Of a stretch of 56,210 nucleotides of DNA, positions 38,769 through 48,717 are shown in pieces; position 1 is the stretch's first letter, and each line of letters starts with the position of its first letter. Where the stretch lies: the NCBI GenBank assembly GCA_016875025.1, contig VGSH01000003.1, positions 1-56,210 of the forward strand, given 5' to 3'. Under the pieces are notes generated by a model. The model was given only the letters and a program-made list of their open reading frames with translations. It searched no databases and was not told the origin of the DNA. The DNA comes from Deltaproteobacteria bacterium (GTDB lineage: Bacteria; Desulfobacterota; WTBG01; CAIYCZ01; CAIRTM01). The position numbers were made by a program, and so were the translations under genes.

Positions 38769-38884
38769 CAGATGTTGCAAGTTTTGCAACATCTGGTTCT
38801 CGGGCCGCAGGGAGTTGTCCGGAAGTACCGGACAACTCATTCAGCATTAAAGGTGACTATTAGGTATGTGCATTATGTGCACAT
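38769..38884. repeat. Array of three short palindromes with 5-nt spacers
   Basis: CAGATGTTGCA-agttt-TGCAACATCTG; GAGTTGTCCGG-aagta-CCGGACAACTC; ATGTGCA-ttatg-TGCACAT. Confidence 0.85.
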
Positions 38885-38922
38885 GCTGGCGAAATAACAC
38901 AATGCAGGAAGGACATCATGTA

Positions 38923-41838
38923 ATGCCTGTAAACCTTGGAACGGAAGCAGCAGCCGTTCAAAATCCTTTAATTGCCTATGCCGCCGCGATCGGCTGGGAA
39001 GCTGTTTCGCGCGATGAAGCGCTTTCGCTCAGAAAAGGTGAAAGCGGGCTGTTTTTTTACCGCGTGCTGGAGCAGCAGCTTGTGAAGCTGAACCGGGGCA
39101 TTGCCACAAACGAAAAAGCAGCTGAGATTATCCGCAGTCTTGAGGCGGTTCGCAACAATATTGAGGGCAACGCCGAAGTGCTGTCGTGGCTGCGCGGCGA
39201 GCAGAGCGTCTACGTTGAAAAGGAGAACCGGCGCCGGAATGTGATGGTGGTTGATTTTGAAAATCCGAAACGCAATGTCTTTCAGGTAACCGATGAATGG
39301 CAGTATACCAACGGGCGTGAGACCAACCGGGCGGATATCATGTTTTTGATCAACGGTATTCCGGTTGCTGTTGTGGAGGCCAAAAGCGCCCGCAAGATTA
39401 ATGCTGTTGAAGAGGGCCTGATGCAAATTCGGGAGTATCACCGCGAGACGCCTGAAATGCTGACCTGCCCGCAGGTGTTCGACATAACGCACCTGATTGA
39501 TTTTTACTACGGTTCTACCTGGAACCTTGACCGCAAGGATATTTTTAACTGGAAGGATGATGAGCCGGGAAGTTTTGAGAAAAAGGTTAAGCGGTTTTTC
39601 GACCAGCAGCGTTTTTTAAAAATGCTCAAGGAGTGGATTGTTTTCTATGTTAAGGACGATGAGTTGCGCAAGACCATTCTGCGCCAGCACCAGACCCGCG
39701 CCATAGACAAGGTGCTTGAGCGCTGCGCCGATGCTGAAAAAAAGACCGGGCTGGTATGGCATACGCAGGGATCGGGCAAAACATTCACCATGATTACCGC
39801 TGCCCGGCAGATTCTTGAAAACAGGGATGTGTTCGGCAAGGCAACGGTAATTCTCATGATCGACCGCAATGAGCTTGAGGGGCAGCTCTCCGGTTGGGTT
39901 GAGCGTATTTTGGGGGAGATGAAAAATTTTGATATCAGTATCGAGTCGGCTACAAGCAAGCTGCGGCTCCGCGAGCTTCTGGCATCTGATTTCCGGGGCC
40001 TGATTATCTCCATGATCCATAAGTTTGACGGTATCCCCAAAGATATCTGCACGCGCGAAAACGTGTTTGTTATGGCGGATGAAGCGCATCGCTCGTTCGG
40101 CCGGGATCTGGGCAACTATCTGGTGGGTGCGCTGCCGAAAGCAACCCTGATCGGGTTCACCGGCACACCGATTGATAAAACCGCCTACGGCAAGGGCACC
40201 TTCAAGGTGTTCGGCCGGGAGGATGAAAAAGGGTATCTGGACAAGTATTCCATTGCCGAGTCGATCGGGGACGGCACCACGTTGCCGCTGAACTATACCC
40301 TGGCCCCCAATGAAATCCGGGTGCCACGCGAGCAGCTGGAACAGGAATTCCTTGATATGGTTGAAGCCGAGGGGGTGAGCGATGTTGAGGATTTGAATAA
40401 AATTCTTGATCAGGCCGTCAACCTCAAAGCATTTTTAAAGTCGGATGACCGGGTAAAGAAGGTCGCCGCGTTTGTTGCCGAGCATTTTAAACAGTGCATT
40501 GAACCGTTGGGGTATAAGGCCTTTCTGGTGGCGGTGGATCGTGAGGCCTGTGCTTTGTATAAGGACGCGCTCGATCGGCTGCTGCCGCCTGAATATTCGA
40601 CCCCGGTCTATACAGCGGCTCAGCATGACAGTGAACGCTACCCGCTGGTGTACAAACATCAGATCCCCGAGCTGGAAGAAAAAAAAGCGCGCAAACTGTT
40701 TATCAAACCGCAGAGCCTGCCCAAAATATTTATCGTAACGGACAAGCTGCTGACCGGTTTTGATGCCCCGATTCTGTACTGCATGTATCTTGATAAACCC
40801 ATGCGCGACCATGTGCTGCTGCAGGCCATTGCGCGGGTGAACCGGCCCTATGAGGAAGACGGCGACATCAAGAAACCCTGCGGGCTGGTTATTGACTTTG
40901 TCGGCATATTTGAAAAACTCGAGAAAGCGCTTGCTTTTGATTCGGATGTGGTCAGCGGGATGATCAATAACCTTGAGGTTTTGAAGGCCCGATTTTACGA
41001 GGTGATGAGCGGTCAGGCAAGGCAGTATCTGGATTTGACCGCAGGGGAAATAAACGACAAGGCAGTTGAGCGGGCCATTGATATGTTTGTTGATTTGGCC
41101 AGCCGTGAGGATTTCTACAAATGCTTTAAAGAGATAGAAATGATGTATGAAATTCTCTCACCTTCACCTGATCTGCGCGATTATGTCGATGATTTTGGAC
41201 GACTCTCGGTGCTGTATCAGATTGTGCGCAATGCGTTCAGGAAGAAAACAGTACTGTACGGCGATGTTGCAAGGAAGACCGAGCTTTTGGTTCGGGAAAA
41301 AGTTGCGACATACGGGCTGCAAACCACCATGCCGGTGGTGAAAATAGATGAGCATACCCTGAAGGCAGTCAAGGAGAGCAGGTCAACCGACAGCACAAAA
41401 GTCATTAACCTGATCAACAGCATCAACACAACGGTCTTCAGCGAGGGGGAGGAAAATCCCTACCTGAAGTCCATCGGCGACCGGGTTGAAAATATACAGC
41501 AGGCCTTCGATGACCGGCAGATTACTTCTCAGGATGCCTTGAAAAAAATTGAGCAGCTGCTGCAGGAAATAGTTGAGGCCCGCAAACAGCAGAAAGAGAC
41601 CGGTTTTGACATTAATACCTTTACCATTTACTGGACACTGAAGAAGGAGGGTATCGGCGAGCCGGAAAAACATGCCCCGGCTCTCAATGGGGCATTTGAG
41701 CGGTTTCCGAATTACAATCACAGCGGGGCCGAGCTTCGGGAACTCAAGGCGGAATTATATAAACTTGTGCTGCCGGTTATCGGGAAAGACCGGATGGTTG
41801 GCCTTGTTGATACCCTTTTGAAGCTGAAAAGAAAATGA
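38923..41838 (+). CDS. hsdR: Type I R-M restriction subunit
   Basis: RADIMFLINGIPVAVVEAK nuclease; HTQGSGKT, DEAHRS, GFTGTP, LLTGFDAP, QAIARVNR helicase motifs; ATG 38923 chosen. Confidence 0.96.
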   Translation: MPVNLGTEAAAVQNPLIAYAAAIGWEAVSRDEALSLRKGESGLFFYRVLEQQLVKLNRGIATNEKAAEIIRSLEAVRNNIEGNAEVLSWLRGEQSVYVEKENRRRNVMVVDFENPKRNVFQVTDEWQYTNGRETNRADIMFLINGIPVAVVEAKSARKINAVEEGLMQIREYHRETPEMLTCPQVFDITHLIDFYYGSTWNLDRKDIFNWKDDEPGSFEKKVKRFFDQQRFLKMLKEWIVFYVKDDELRKTILRQHQTRAIDKVLERCADAEKKTGLVWHTQGSGKTFTMITAARQILENRDVFGKATVILMIDRNELEGQLSGWVERILGEMKNFDISIESATSKLRLRELLASDFRGLIISMIHKFDGIPKDICTRENVFVMADEAHRSFGRDLGNYLVGALPKATLIGFTGTPIDKTAYGKGTFKVFGREDEKGYLDKYSIAESIGDGTTLPLNYTLAPNEIRVPREQLEQEFLDMVEAEGVSDVEDLNKILDQAVNLKAFLKSDDRVKKVAAFVAEHFKQCIEPLGYKAFLVAVDREACALYKDALDRLLPPEYSTPVYTAAQHDSERYPLVYKHQIPELEEKKARKLFIKPQSLPKIFIVTDKLLTGFDAPILYCMYLDKPMRDHVLLQAIARVNRPYEEDGDIKKPCGLVIDFVGIFEKLEKALAFDSDVVSGMINNLEVLKARFYEVMSGQARQYLDLTAGEINDKAVERAIDMFVDLASREDFYKCFKEIEMMYEILSPSPDLRDYVDDFGRLSVLYQIVRNAFRKKTVLYGDVARKTELLVREKVATYGLQTTMPVVKIDEHTLKAVKESRSTDSTKVINLINSINTTVFSEGEENPYLKSIGDRVENIQQAFDDRQITSQDALKKIEQLLQEIVEARKQQKETGFDINTFTIYWTLKKEGIGEPEKHAPALNGAFERFPNYNHSGAELRELKAELYKLVLPVIGKDRMVGLVDTLLKLKRK

Positions 41839-42170
41839 CCAAATTGTCCCGAAACGGCCTGCGGACCGTTGAACAGTTTAAGGAGGCGGTTGTGCAGTGG
41901 GCTGCTCGGATAAAGGTAGAGCCGACTCAAGTGCGCCTGCAGAAGATGACGCGGAAATGGGCCTCGTGTTCTACTAGCGGCTGGATTTGTTTCAGCATGG
42001 ATTTGTTGCGGGAAAAACCTGATTTTCAGGAATACGCAATTGTGCACGAACTGCTGCATCTGCAGGTTCCCAATCACGGCAGGCTGTTTAAAAGCCTGCT
42101 GCGAGCCTATCTGCCTGAGTGGGAAGAGATTGTGGAACGGCGCGGAAGCGCTCTTGAGCGGGAAATCTAA
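41835..42170 (+). CDS. Short YgjP/DUF45 (M48-like) metal-dependent hydrolase
   Basis: KWASCS, YAIVHELLHL, NHGRLF; usual position after hsdR. Confidence 0.88.
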   Translation: MTKLSRNGLRTVEQFKEAVVQWAARIKVEPTQVRLQKMTRKWASCSTSGWICFSMDLLREKPDFQEYAIVHELLHLQVPNHGRLFKSLLRAYLPEWEEIVERRGSALEREI

Positions 42171-42249
42171 ACTGCTTCATAGTCGGCACTGAAAAATACA
42201 TCACTGTTTAGCATACAAGGGAGCCTTATTAAAGCGCGTGACCGGGCCG

Positions 42250-43323
42250 TTACCGCAGGTCGGTGAATGTCTCGCCCGGGTGCGGGATCAGGAATCGGGT
42301 GTCTCCCATGTCGGCCGCGCGCAGGGCGTCGAGCAGCGCGGTTTCCGGCTCGTACTGGCCGTCATCGCCCAGCGGGAATGTGCCGAAATGCGAGGCAATG
42401 CTGGTGCGGGCCTTCAGGACGGCGTGGGCGCGCACGGCATCGGCAGGCGAGAGGTGATGGGGACCCATAAACCATTCCGGCAGGAAGGCGCCGATGGGCA
42501 GCAGGGCACAGCTGATGTCCGGGAAGCGGGCCGCGATCTGCTCGAAATGCGGGCCAAACCCGGTGTCAGCGGCGAAGTACACGGCGCCGGGTCCGCCCTC
42601 AATCACGAATCCGCACCAGAGGCTTTTGCGTTGATCCCGCATACCGCGGGCTGAGAAATGCCGGGCTGGAACACAGACCAGGTTGAGGCAATCACCCAGC
42701 GGCAGTTCCTCCCACCAGTCCATTTCAACCACATCGCGCATGCCGTGGCGCGCAAGCGTGCGGGCGTTGCCAAGGGGCGTGTAGATGCGCGGCGCACATT
42801 TTTTCTGCAGGCGCTTCAGCGTGGGTATGTCCATGTGATCGTAGTGATTGTGCGAGATCAGCACAATGTCGATGCGCGGCAGGTCTTCAAAGCGAATGCC
42901 GGGCGCATGCACGCGTTTTGGACCGGTAAATGACACCGGGCTGCAGCGATCTGACCAGACCGGGTCAACCAGGATATTGAGACCCTTGAGCTGTATGAGA
43001 AAGGTGCTGTGGTTGATAAAGGTTATGTGCAGCTCATCGCCGCCAACGCAGGCTGCCGGGGCCGCCCCCGGTGTGATGTCAACCCAGTCCTGCCACGGTC
43101 CGCGCTGGCGGTTGCGAACCCAGGTGAGGAATTCTTTGAAGCCCTGTTTCTCAACCTCTCCGGGATTAAAAAATCTTTTGCCGTCAAAGTGGTCACTGGC
43201 AGGATAGGACCCGGCAAGCGACATGCGCGCACAGCCCAGCGCCAATCCTGCGCCGGCTGCCGCTGCCAGCAGGATAATGGCCGTTCGCACTGATCCGGGC
43301 ATGTGTCGGGCCGGACGGAGCAT
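42250..43323 (-). CDS. MBL-fold metallohydrolase (NAPE-PLD/RomA-like), probably exported
   Basis: SHNHYDHMD, PARHFSARG, FAADTG, LLPIGA, HFGTF; lipobox-like LALGC; start uncertain. Confidence 0.9.
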   Translation of the reverse strand: MLRPARHMPGSVRTAIILLAAAAGAGLALGCARMSLAGSYPASDHFDGKRFFNPGEVEKQGFKEFLTWVRNRQRGPWQDWVDITPGAAPAACVGGDELHITFINHSTFLIQLKGLNILVDPVWSDRCSPVSFTGPKRVHAPGIRFEDLPRIDIVLISHNHYDHMDIPTLKRLQKKCAPRIYTPLGNARTLARHGMRDVVEMDWWEELPLGDCLNLVCVPARHFSARGMRDQRKSLWCGFVIEGGPGAVYFAADTGFGPHFEQIAARFPDISCALLPIGAFLPEWFMGPHHLSPADAVRAHAVLKARTSIASHFGTFPLGDDGQYEPETALLDALRAADMGDTRFLIPHPGETFTDLR

Positions 43324-43421
43324 GGTCGGTTCTCCCGCGGGGGTGTATACCGGCTGCAGACAAGAAAGGCCTTGAACACTCAAGGCCTGCCATAGTATGA
43401 TGCGCTGTTTTTATGCGGTAA

Positions 43422-43513
43422 TGGCGGAGGGAGTAGGATTCGAACCCACGGACCCGTTCCCACGGGCCAACGGTTTTCAAGACCGCCGCCTTCGACCACT
43501 CGGCCATCCCTCC
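43422..43513 (-). tRNA. tRNA-Ser(TGA)
   Basis: GGAGGGA/TCCCTCC acceptor stem, CT-TGA-AA loop, long variable arm, GGTTCGAATCC, encoded CCA. Confidence 0.97.
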
Positions 43514-43616
43514 CGTTACACTACAGGCGGGGACTGTAGCATTTTCAAGGGTCTTTCGTCAAGTTTTTAGCTTCGCGCGCAGGGTTGTGCATGCGCGTAC
43601 CCTGCAGGGAACAAAC

Positions 43617-44480
43617 ATGGATGCGGTGCAACAGCGTGCAAAACGCACAAGCCTTGCCGGTCTGCACATTGCCAGCATCCTGCTGGCCGGCACCGGTCTG
43701 TTCGCCAAGCTGATTGCCCTGCCGGCAGTCGATATCATCTCGCGGCGCTGCATGCTGGCGGCCTTTTTTCTGCTGCTGATCGGCATTGCGCTCAAGCGCG
43801 GCTTTGTGCTCGATCGCGGCCGCGACTGGCTGCTTATGCTGCTGTGCGGGCTTTTGATGTGCGTGCACTGGGTGACCTATTTTCATGCCATGCAGGTCTC
43901 AACCGTGGCAATCGGCATGATCGCCCTGTACACCTATCCGGTTATGTCCGTGCTGCTTGAGCCGCTGTGGCAGGGTAGTCGGCCCCGCCGTGTTGACCTG
44001 CTGTGCGCCCTGGCTGTACTGGCGGGAGTGTATCTGCTGGTGCCTGATTTTTCTTTCGGCACGGGAGCGGCCCTCGGGGTGCTGTGGGGGCTTGTGTCCG
44101 CTGCCGCCTTTACCCTGCGCAATATCGTGCAGCGCAATTACCTGAGTGCTTACCGTGGCGATACGGCCATGTTCTACCAGTGCCTGATCGCAGGACTGGC
44201 TGCCTGGCCGTTTGTGCGGCAGGCAGCATCTGCGCTCAGTCCGGCAATCTGGCTGCAGCTTGCACTGCTGGCCCTGGTGTGCACGGCTGTGCCGCACAGT
44301 ATGTTTGCCGGCGCTTTGCGCGCCCTCAGTGCGAAAACCGCAGGATTGATAAGCTGCCTGATGCCGGTGTACGGGGTGGCGCTTGCCTGGATGGTGCTCG
44401 GCGAGGTGCCGTCCGGTGCAACCATATGCGGCGGCCTGATTATCGTTGCGGCCGCGGCTTTTGAATCAGGGCGCGCCTGA
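43617..44480 (+). CDS. EamA/DMT-family transporter
   Basis: About ten TM helices in two repeats; HWVTYF, LYTYP, LGEVP. Confidence 0.9.
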   Translation: MDAVQQRAKRTSLAGLHIASILLAGTGLFAKLIALPAVDIISRRCMLAAFFLLLIGIALKRGFVLDRGRDWLLMLLCGLLMCVHWVTYFHAMQVSTVAIGMIALYTYPVMSVLLEPLWQGSRPRRVDLLCALAVLAGVYLLVPDFSFGTGAALGVLWGLVSAAAFTLRNIVQRNYLSAYRGDTAMFYQCLIAGLAAWPFVRQAASALSPAIWLQLALLALVCTAVPHSMFAGALRALSAKTAGLISCLMPVYGVALAWMVLGEVPSGATICGGLIIVAAAAFESGRA

Positions 44481-44553
44481 AGCCGCCTGCACACGTGCAC
44501 CGGTGCAGGATGTCGCTTGCGCCGACGGGCCGTGCCGTGTTAAAAGGGAAGGC

Positions 44554-45922
44554 ATGAACAGGCTCAAACAGCAGGATACTCACAACCCGCGCATTCTGAT
44601 CGTTGATGACAGCACGATGATCCGCAATGCCCTGAAGCGGGAACTGGTTGCGCTCGGCTTTGAGGCCATCGCCACGGATGACGGTCATCAGGCTCTTGCG
44701 CTCGCTGCTCAAGATCACTTCGACCTGATTATTACCGATATCGAAATGCCGCGCATGGACGGCTTTGAGCTCTGCGAACAGCTCAAGCACAACCCGGCCA
44801 CGCAGGCAATTCCGGTTGTCGTGCTCAGTTCGCACGACTCCGACGAGGCCATTGAGCGGGGATTTAAGGCCGGGGCCGCGGCGTTCATCACCAAGACCAA
44901 TGCCCGCCAGGAGCTGCGCGCGCGCATTGAAGACGTACTGAACCGGGCGCTGTTTCTGCGTGAGCGTCTGGTGCTGGTGGTTGATGATTCAAAGCTGGTG
45001 CTGTCGATTGCGCGCAAGGGGCTTGCGCAGGCGGGCTTTAAGGTCGCCACGGCTGAAAACGGCGCGCGCGCTTGAATTTCTTAAAAAAAACAGGCCCGAC
45101 CTGATTCTGTGCGACCTGCACATGCCTGAGATGGACGGCGCGCAGCTGTGTTCGGCCCTGCGGGCGCACAGCGACTGGGCTGCAATTCCCTTTGTCCTGA
45201 TGAGCACGGCAGGCGAGCGCGGGGTTATCAGGCGCATGCTTGAGCGGGGGGCCTGCGGCTATATTGAAAAGCCTTTTAACGTTGAGCAGCTGGTCATCAT
45301 GGCTGAAAAGCTGCTCTCCGATCATTTCCAGCTGCTGCTCAAGGAAAAGGAACGCCTTGACACCGAGCGCAGCCTGATGATAGCCAGCATCACCAGCCTG
45401 GTGCAGGCCCTGGAGGCGCGCGATGTCTACACGCGCGGCCATTCGGAAATGGTTGCCGACCTTTCGGTCGCCATGGCAACCGAGATGGGCTTTAGTGATG
45501 AGGAACTGCAGACCATGCGCATGGCCGCGCGCCTGCACGATCTGGGCAAGATCGGCGTGCGCGATGATGTGCTGTTCAAGCCGGACCGGCTCACCGAGGC
45601 CGAATTCAGCCTCATACAGCGCCACCCCGTGATCGGCGCCGAGATCCTCGGGCCCATTCCCAGCCTTGCGCCCATCATTCCGGGTGTGCTCTATCATCAT
45701 GAACGCATGGGCGGACAGGGATATCCCGAAGGGCTCAAAGGCGGCCGCATTCCGCTGCCGGCGCGCATTATCGCTGTTGCCGACACCTATGACAGTATTA
45801 CCAGTGAGCGGCCGTATCAGGCCAGAACCGGGAAGGACAAGGCGTTGCAGATTATTGAGGATCTGGGCGGGGTTCAGCTGTGCCCGGATTGTGTCGCGGC
45901 GTTCATGCGCTGCATTACCTGA
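44554..45922 (+). pseudogene. REC-REC-HD-GYP phosphodiesterase response regulator split by a frameshift near 45062-45071
   Basis: ORF 44554-45075 holds REC1 and the start of REC2; the next frame continues REC2 and HD-GYP (HDLGKIG, HHER..GYP); break in a (GC)5 run. Confidence 0.85.
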
Positions 45923-45935
45923 GCGGCCCGCACAG

Positions 45936-46096
45936 CAGGCTGTTGAAAAACGCCCATCTGCTGCGTTGTGCTCATCATTCGTCACTGCGGCGTACGGCAA
46001 AGTACGCCTCATTCCTCATAATTTCGCACGCCTTGCATGTGTGCCCGTCCTCCGCAGTAGCGCTGCTACGGAGGATGGACGTTTTTGAACAGCCTG
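45936..46096. mobile_element. MITE-like element
   Basis: TIRs CAGGCTGTTGAAAAACG / CGTTTTTGAACAGCCTG; internal near-perfect palindrome at 46045-46078. Confidence 0.8.
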
Positions 46097-46122
46097 TATA
46101 AAAAGACTTTTTTAACACTCTG

Positions 46123-46419
46123 TTACACGGACCGTACGCGGCTGCGCAAGTCCTCGATTTCTTTGCTCAGGGTGCGCACCAGGCGCTTGAGTTTCAGGAT
46201 TTTCACTGCGTAGAGCAGGGCCCCCAGCACCAGGCCGCAGCCCAGCGGCACAAGCACAAGCACGCACAGCGGCAGCGGCCACACCGGATATTCGATTTTC
46301 CATTCCAGCAGGTTCACAAACAGCAGATTCAGGTCAACCCGTTCGATATTCAATACGCAGAAAATAACTATGATGGCCACCAGCAGAACCAGTCCGGCGG
46401 CATTGATAAGAGTTCGCAT
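46123..46419 (-). CDS. LapA/DUF1049-like small membrane protein
   Basis: Two TM segments (IFCVLN, PLPL...GLVLG) and a basic coiled-coil tail. Confidence 0.75.
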   Translation of the reverse strand: MRTLINAAGLVLLVAIIVIFCVLNIERVDLNLLFVNLLEWKIEYPVWPLPLCVLVLVPLGCGLVLGALLYAVKILKLKRLVRTLSKEIEDLRSRVRSV

Positions 46420-46482
46420 ATGACCTCGATGGATGATGGCAGGGCTGCAGTACAGCGGTGCGACGCTCAGAAGACAGCCGGC

Positions 46483-46677
46483 TTACCCCAGCTCAATATC
46501 CTGACGCGAGATGATCTCGTAAATTTTATCTTTTCTGAAGCGCCAGGAGTTGCCGACCCTGAAGCCCGGCAGGTGCCCCTTTTTGACCAGTTTGTAGATA
46601 GTGATCTTTGACAGCTTCAGGAAATCGGCAACCTCTTCAACTGTCATGATCTGCGCATCGTCTTTTGTGTTTTTCAT
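46483..46677 (-). CDS. Excisionase-like HTH_17 DNA-binding protein
   Basis: IMTVEEVADFLKLSKITIYKLVKKGHLPGFRVGNSWRF; GAGG RBS. Confidence 0.9.
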   Translation of the reverse strand: MKNTKDDAQIMTVEEVADFLKLSKITIYKLVKKGHLPGFRVGNSWRFRKDKIYEIISRQDIELG

Positions 46678-47036
46678 GATCGACCTCAGTGGGTTAATGT
46701 ACTTTTAATTTGGTATATCGGAAATCGAGAAAAAAAACTAAATATAAAATTCATAGAATATTTTGCGTTATAATCAAAAAAATATATTTAAACGTTGTAC
46801 GGGTTTCTATTTAACATAAACAAGGAAAAAATCAATAGAAATTATGGCAAAAACACCGCTAAAACGTAAAACAGTGAGTTATTCTGCAGGAAATAGTTGA
46901 AAAATAAAGTAATTTCAGATATTTATAAAGCCATGCGTTTTTTAGCGGCAATTCTTGAAAATAGTGAGAGCCAATGCTATGATGGGCCTGCTGCAGTCTA
47001 CAGGCGACATTTTTTATCATATTTCAGGGGGTATGA

Positions 47037-48368
47037 ATGGCCGGCGCGAAAAAGAAACTGTTTGTTCTTGATACAAATGTTATCCTGCACGACAGTTCCT
47101 GCATGTATCAGTTTGATGAGCACGATATTGTTATCCCCGTAAGCGTGCTCGAAGAACTCGATCAGTTTAAAAAAGGCAATTCCGAGCTGAATTTCAATGC
47201 CCGTGAGTTTGTGCGCTCCCTTGACGCCCTGAGCGGGGATAAGCTGTTCGACCAGGGCCTGAAAATAGGGCCGCACAAGGGCAAAATTCTGCTCCGGCTC
47301 GAGGAGAAGTTCCACCCTGACCTGCTGGCGAATTTTCTGCCCGACAAACCCGACCACCGCATTTTAAACACAGCCTATAATCTGGTAAAAAAAAGCCCTG
47401 CCCGCCAGGTGATACTGGTCACCAAGGACGTCAATCTGCGCATGAAGGCCAAGTCCATCGGCCTTACGGCCCAGGACTACACAACCGATCATGTCAAGAA
47501 CCCGACCGCTCTGTACACGGGCCACCGCTTTGAATCCGGCGTTGCCGAGGAGATTATCGACCGCCTGTACCGCGAGCCCTTTGCAGTTGACGCAGCCGAG
47601 CTGCACTGTAAGGATGCTCCTGAAGCCAACGAGTTTCTGATACTGCGCAACGGCAAGAAGTCGGCGCTGGCAGCCATCGATGCGACCGGCACAATCGTGA
47701 AAAAGGTCGACAAAACAACAGCCTACGGCATAACCCCGCGCAACGCCGAGCAGGCTTTTGCCATCAGCGCGCTCATGAACACCGATATTCAGCTCGTGAC
47801 CATCACAGGCAAGGCCGGCACGGGCAAGACCCTGCTGGCCCTGGCAGCCGCGCTTGAGCGCCGTAAAAACTACCGGCAGATCTACCTTGCCCGGCCCGTG
47901 GTGCCCCTGAGCAACAAGGACATCGGCTATCTGCCGGGCGACATCCAGTCCAAGCTTGATCCCTACATGCAGCCGCTCTATGACAATCTCGGGGTTATAC
48001 AGAGCAATTTCGAGGAATCAAAAAGCAGGCAGAGCCGCATCAAGGATTTCCTGCAGGAGGAAAAGCTGGTCATATCGCCGCTGTCCTACATCCGCGGCCG
48101 CAGCCTGGTGCGCATATTCTTCATTGTGGATGAGGCCCAGAACCTCACCCCGCACGAGGTCAAGACCATCATCACCCGTGCCGGCGAAGGCACAAAACTT
48201 GTTTTCACCGGTGACATTTTCCAGATCGATCACCCCTACCTCAACAGCTATTCAAACGGACTGAGCTACCTGATCGAAAAAATGAAGGGCCAGAAACTCT
48301 ACGCCCATATCAACCTCGAAAAGGGCGAGCGGTCCGAGCTTGCCGACCTTGCCAGCAACCTGCTGTGA
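47037..48368 (+). CDS. phoH: PhoH2-type PIN + PhoH ATPase
   Basis: VLDTNV PIN motif; GKAGTGKT, GYLPG, RGRS, DEAQN. Confidence 0.93.
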   Translation: MAGAKKKLFVLDTNVILHDSSCMYQFDEHDIVIPVSVLEELDQFKKGNSELNFNAREFVRSLDALSGDKLFDQGLKIGPHKGKILLRLEEKFHPDLLANFLPDKPDHRILNTAYNLVKKSPARQVILVTKDVNLRMKAKSIGLTAQDYTTDHVKNPTALYTGHRFESGVAEEIIDRLYREPFAVDAAELHCKDAPEANEFLILRNGKKSALAAIDATGTIVKKVDKTTAYGITPRNAEQAFAISALMNTDIQLVTITGKAGTGKTLLALAAALERRKNYRQIYLARPVVPLSNKDIGYLPGDIQSKLDPYMQPLYDNLGVIQSNFEESKSRQSRIKDFLQEEKLVISPLSYIRGRSLVRIFFIVDEAQNLTPHEVKTIITRAGEGTKLVFTGDIFQIDHPYLNSYSNGLSYLIEKMKGQKLYAHINLEKGERSELADLASNLL

Positions 48369-48377
48369 AGGTTCAAC

Positions 48378-48676
48378 GATGGCACGCTCGTAAAAAGTCT
48401 GAAAATGCTCATTTCAGACATTCCGGCGCAGAGACGTTGTCGTAATTATATTGATTGTCATTTCGAATCCTGCCGCAGGCGGGTGAGAAATCTTAACTCG
48501 TTGATTTAACATACGCTTACGATCTCTCCCTTCGGTCGAGATGACACAAAAGGAAATTGCGACACAGTCGCGCAGTCCGGAATCCAGGGATATCTGACAC
48601 TTAGAAAGACACTGGACACCGGTCGGAATTTATCCGCCCTCGGCGGACCGGTGGGGCGACTTTTTACGGGACCATC
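48378..48676. mobile_element. Nested composite of MITE/palindromic repeats
   Basis: Outer TIR CGTAAAAAGTC (48389) / GACTTTTTACG (48658); inner insert flanked by a GCGCAG direct repeat; core 48456-48546. Confidence 0.8.
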
Positions 48677-48680
48677 AACG

Positions 48681-48717
48681 TTGACGCGCTCGTAAAAAGT
48701 CCGGATGCTGCGTTGCG
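48681..48717 (+). repeat. 37-bp repeat end, inverted copy at 53314-53350
   Basis: TTGACGCGCTCGTAAAAAGTCCGGATGCTGCGTTGCG matches the reverse complement of 53314-53350 at 34/37. Confidence 0.85.

Noticed and set aside
38469-38884. CRISPR array
   Set aside because: The tandem repeat has no spacers, the palindromes are not identical to each other, and there are no cas genes
30950-43513. R-M island as an element integrated at tRNA-Ser
   Set aside because: No integrase gene, and I found no duplicated tRNA 3' end at the left boundary; a host-like MBL gene lies between
45073-45091. Programmed frameshift at the A-run, or selenocysteine readthrough of the TGA
   Set aside because: The A-run lies after the stop codon, and the continuation is in a different frame
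46483-46677. Prophage or ICE suggested by the excisionase-like gene
   Set aside because: No integrase or phage genes nearby; stand-alone HTH_17 regulators are common
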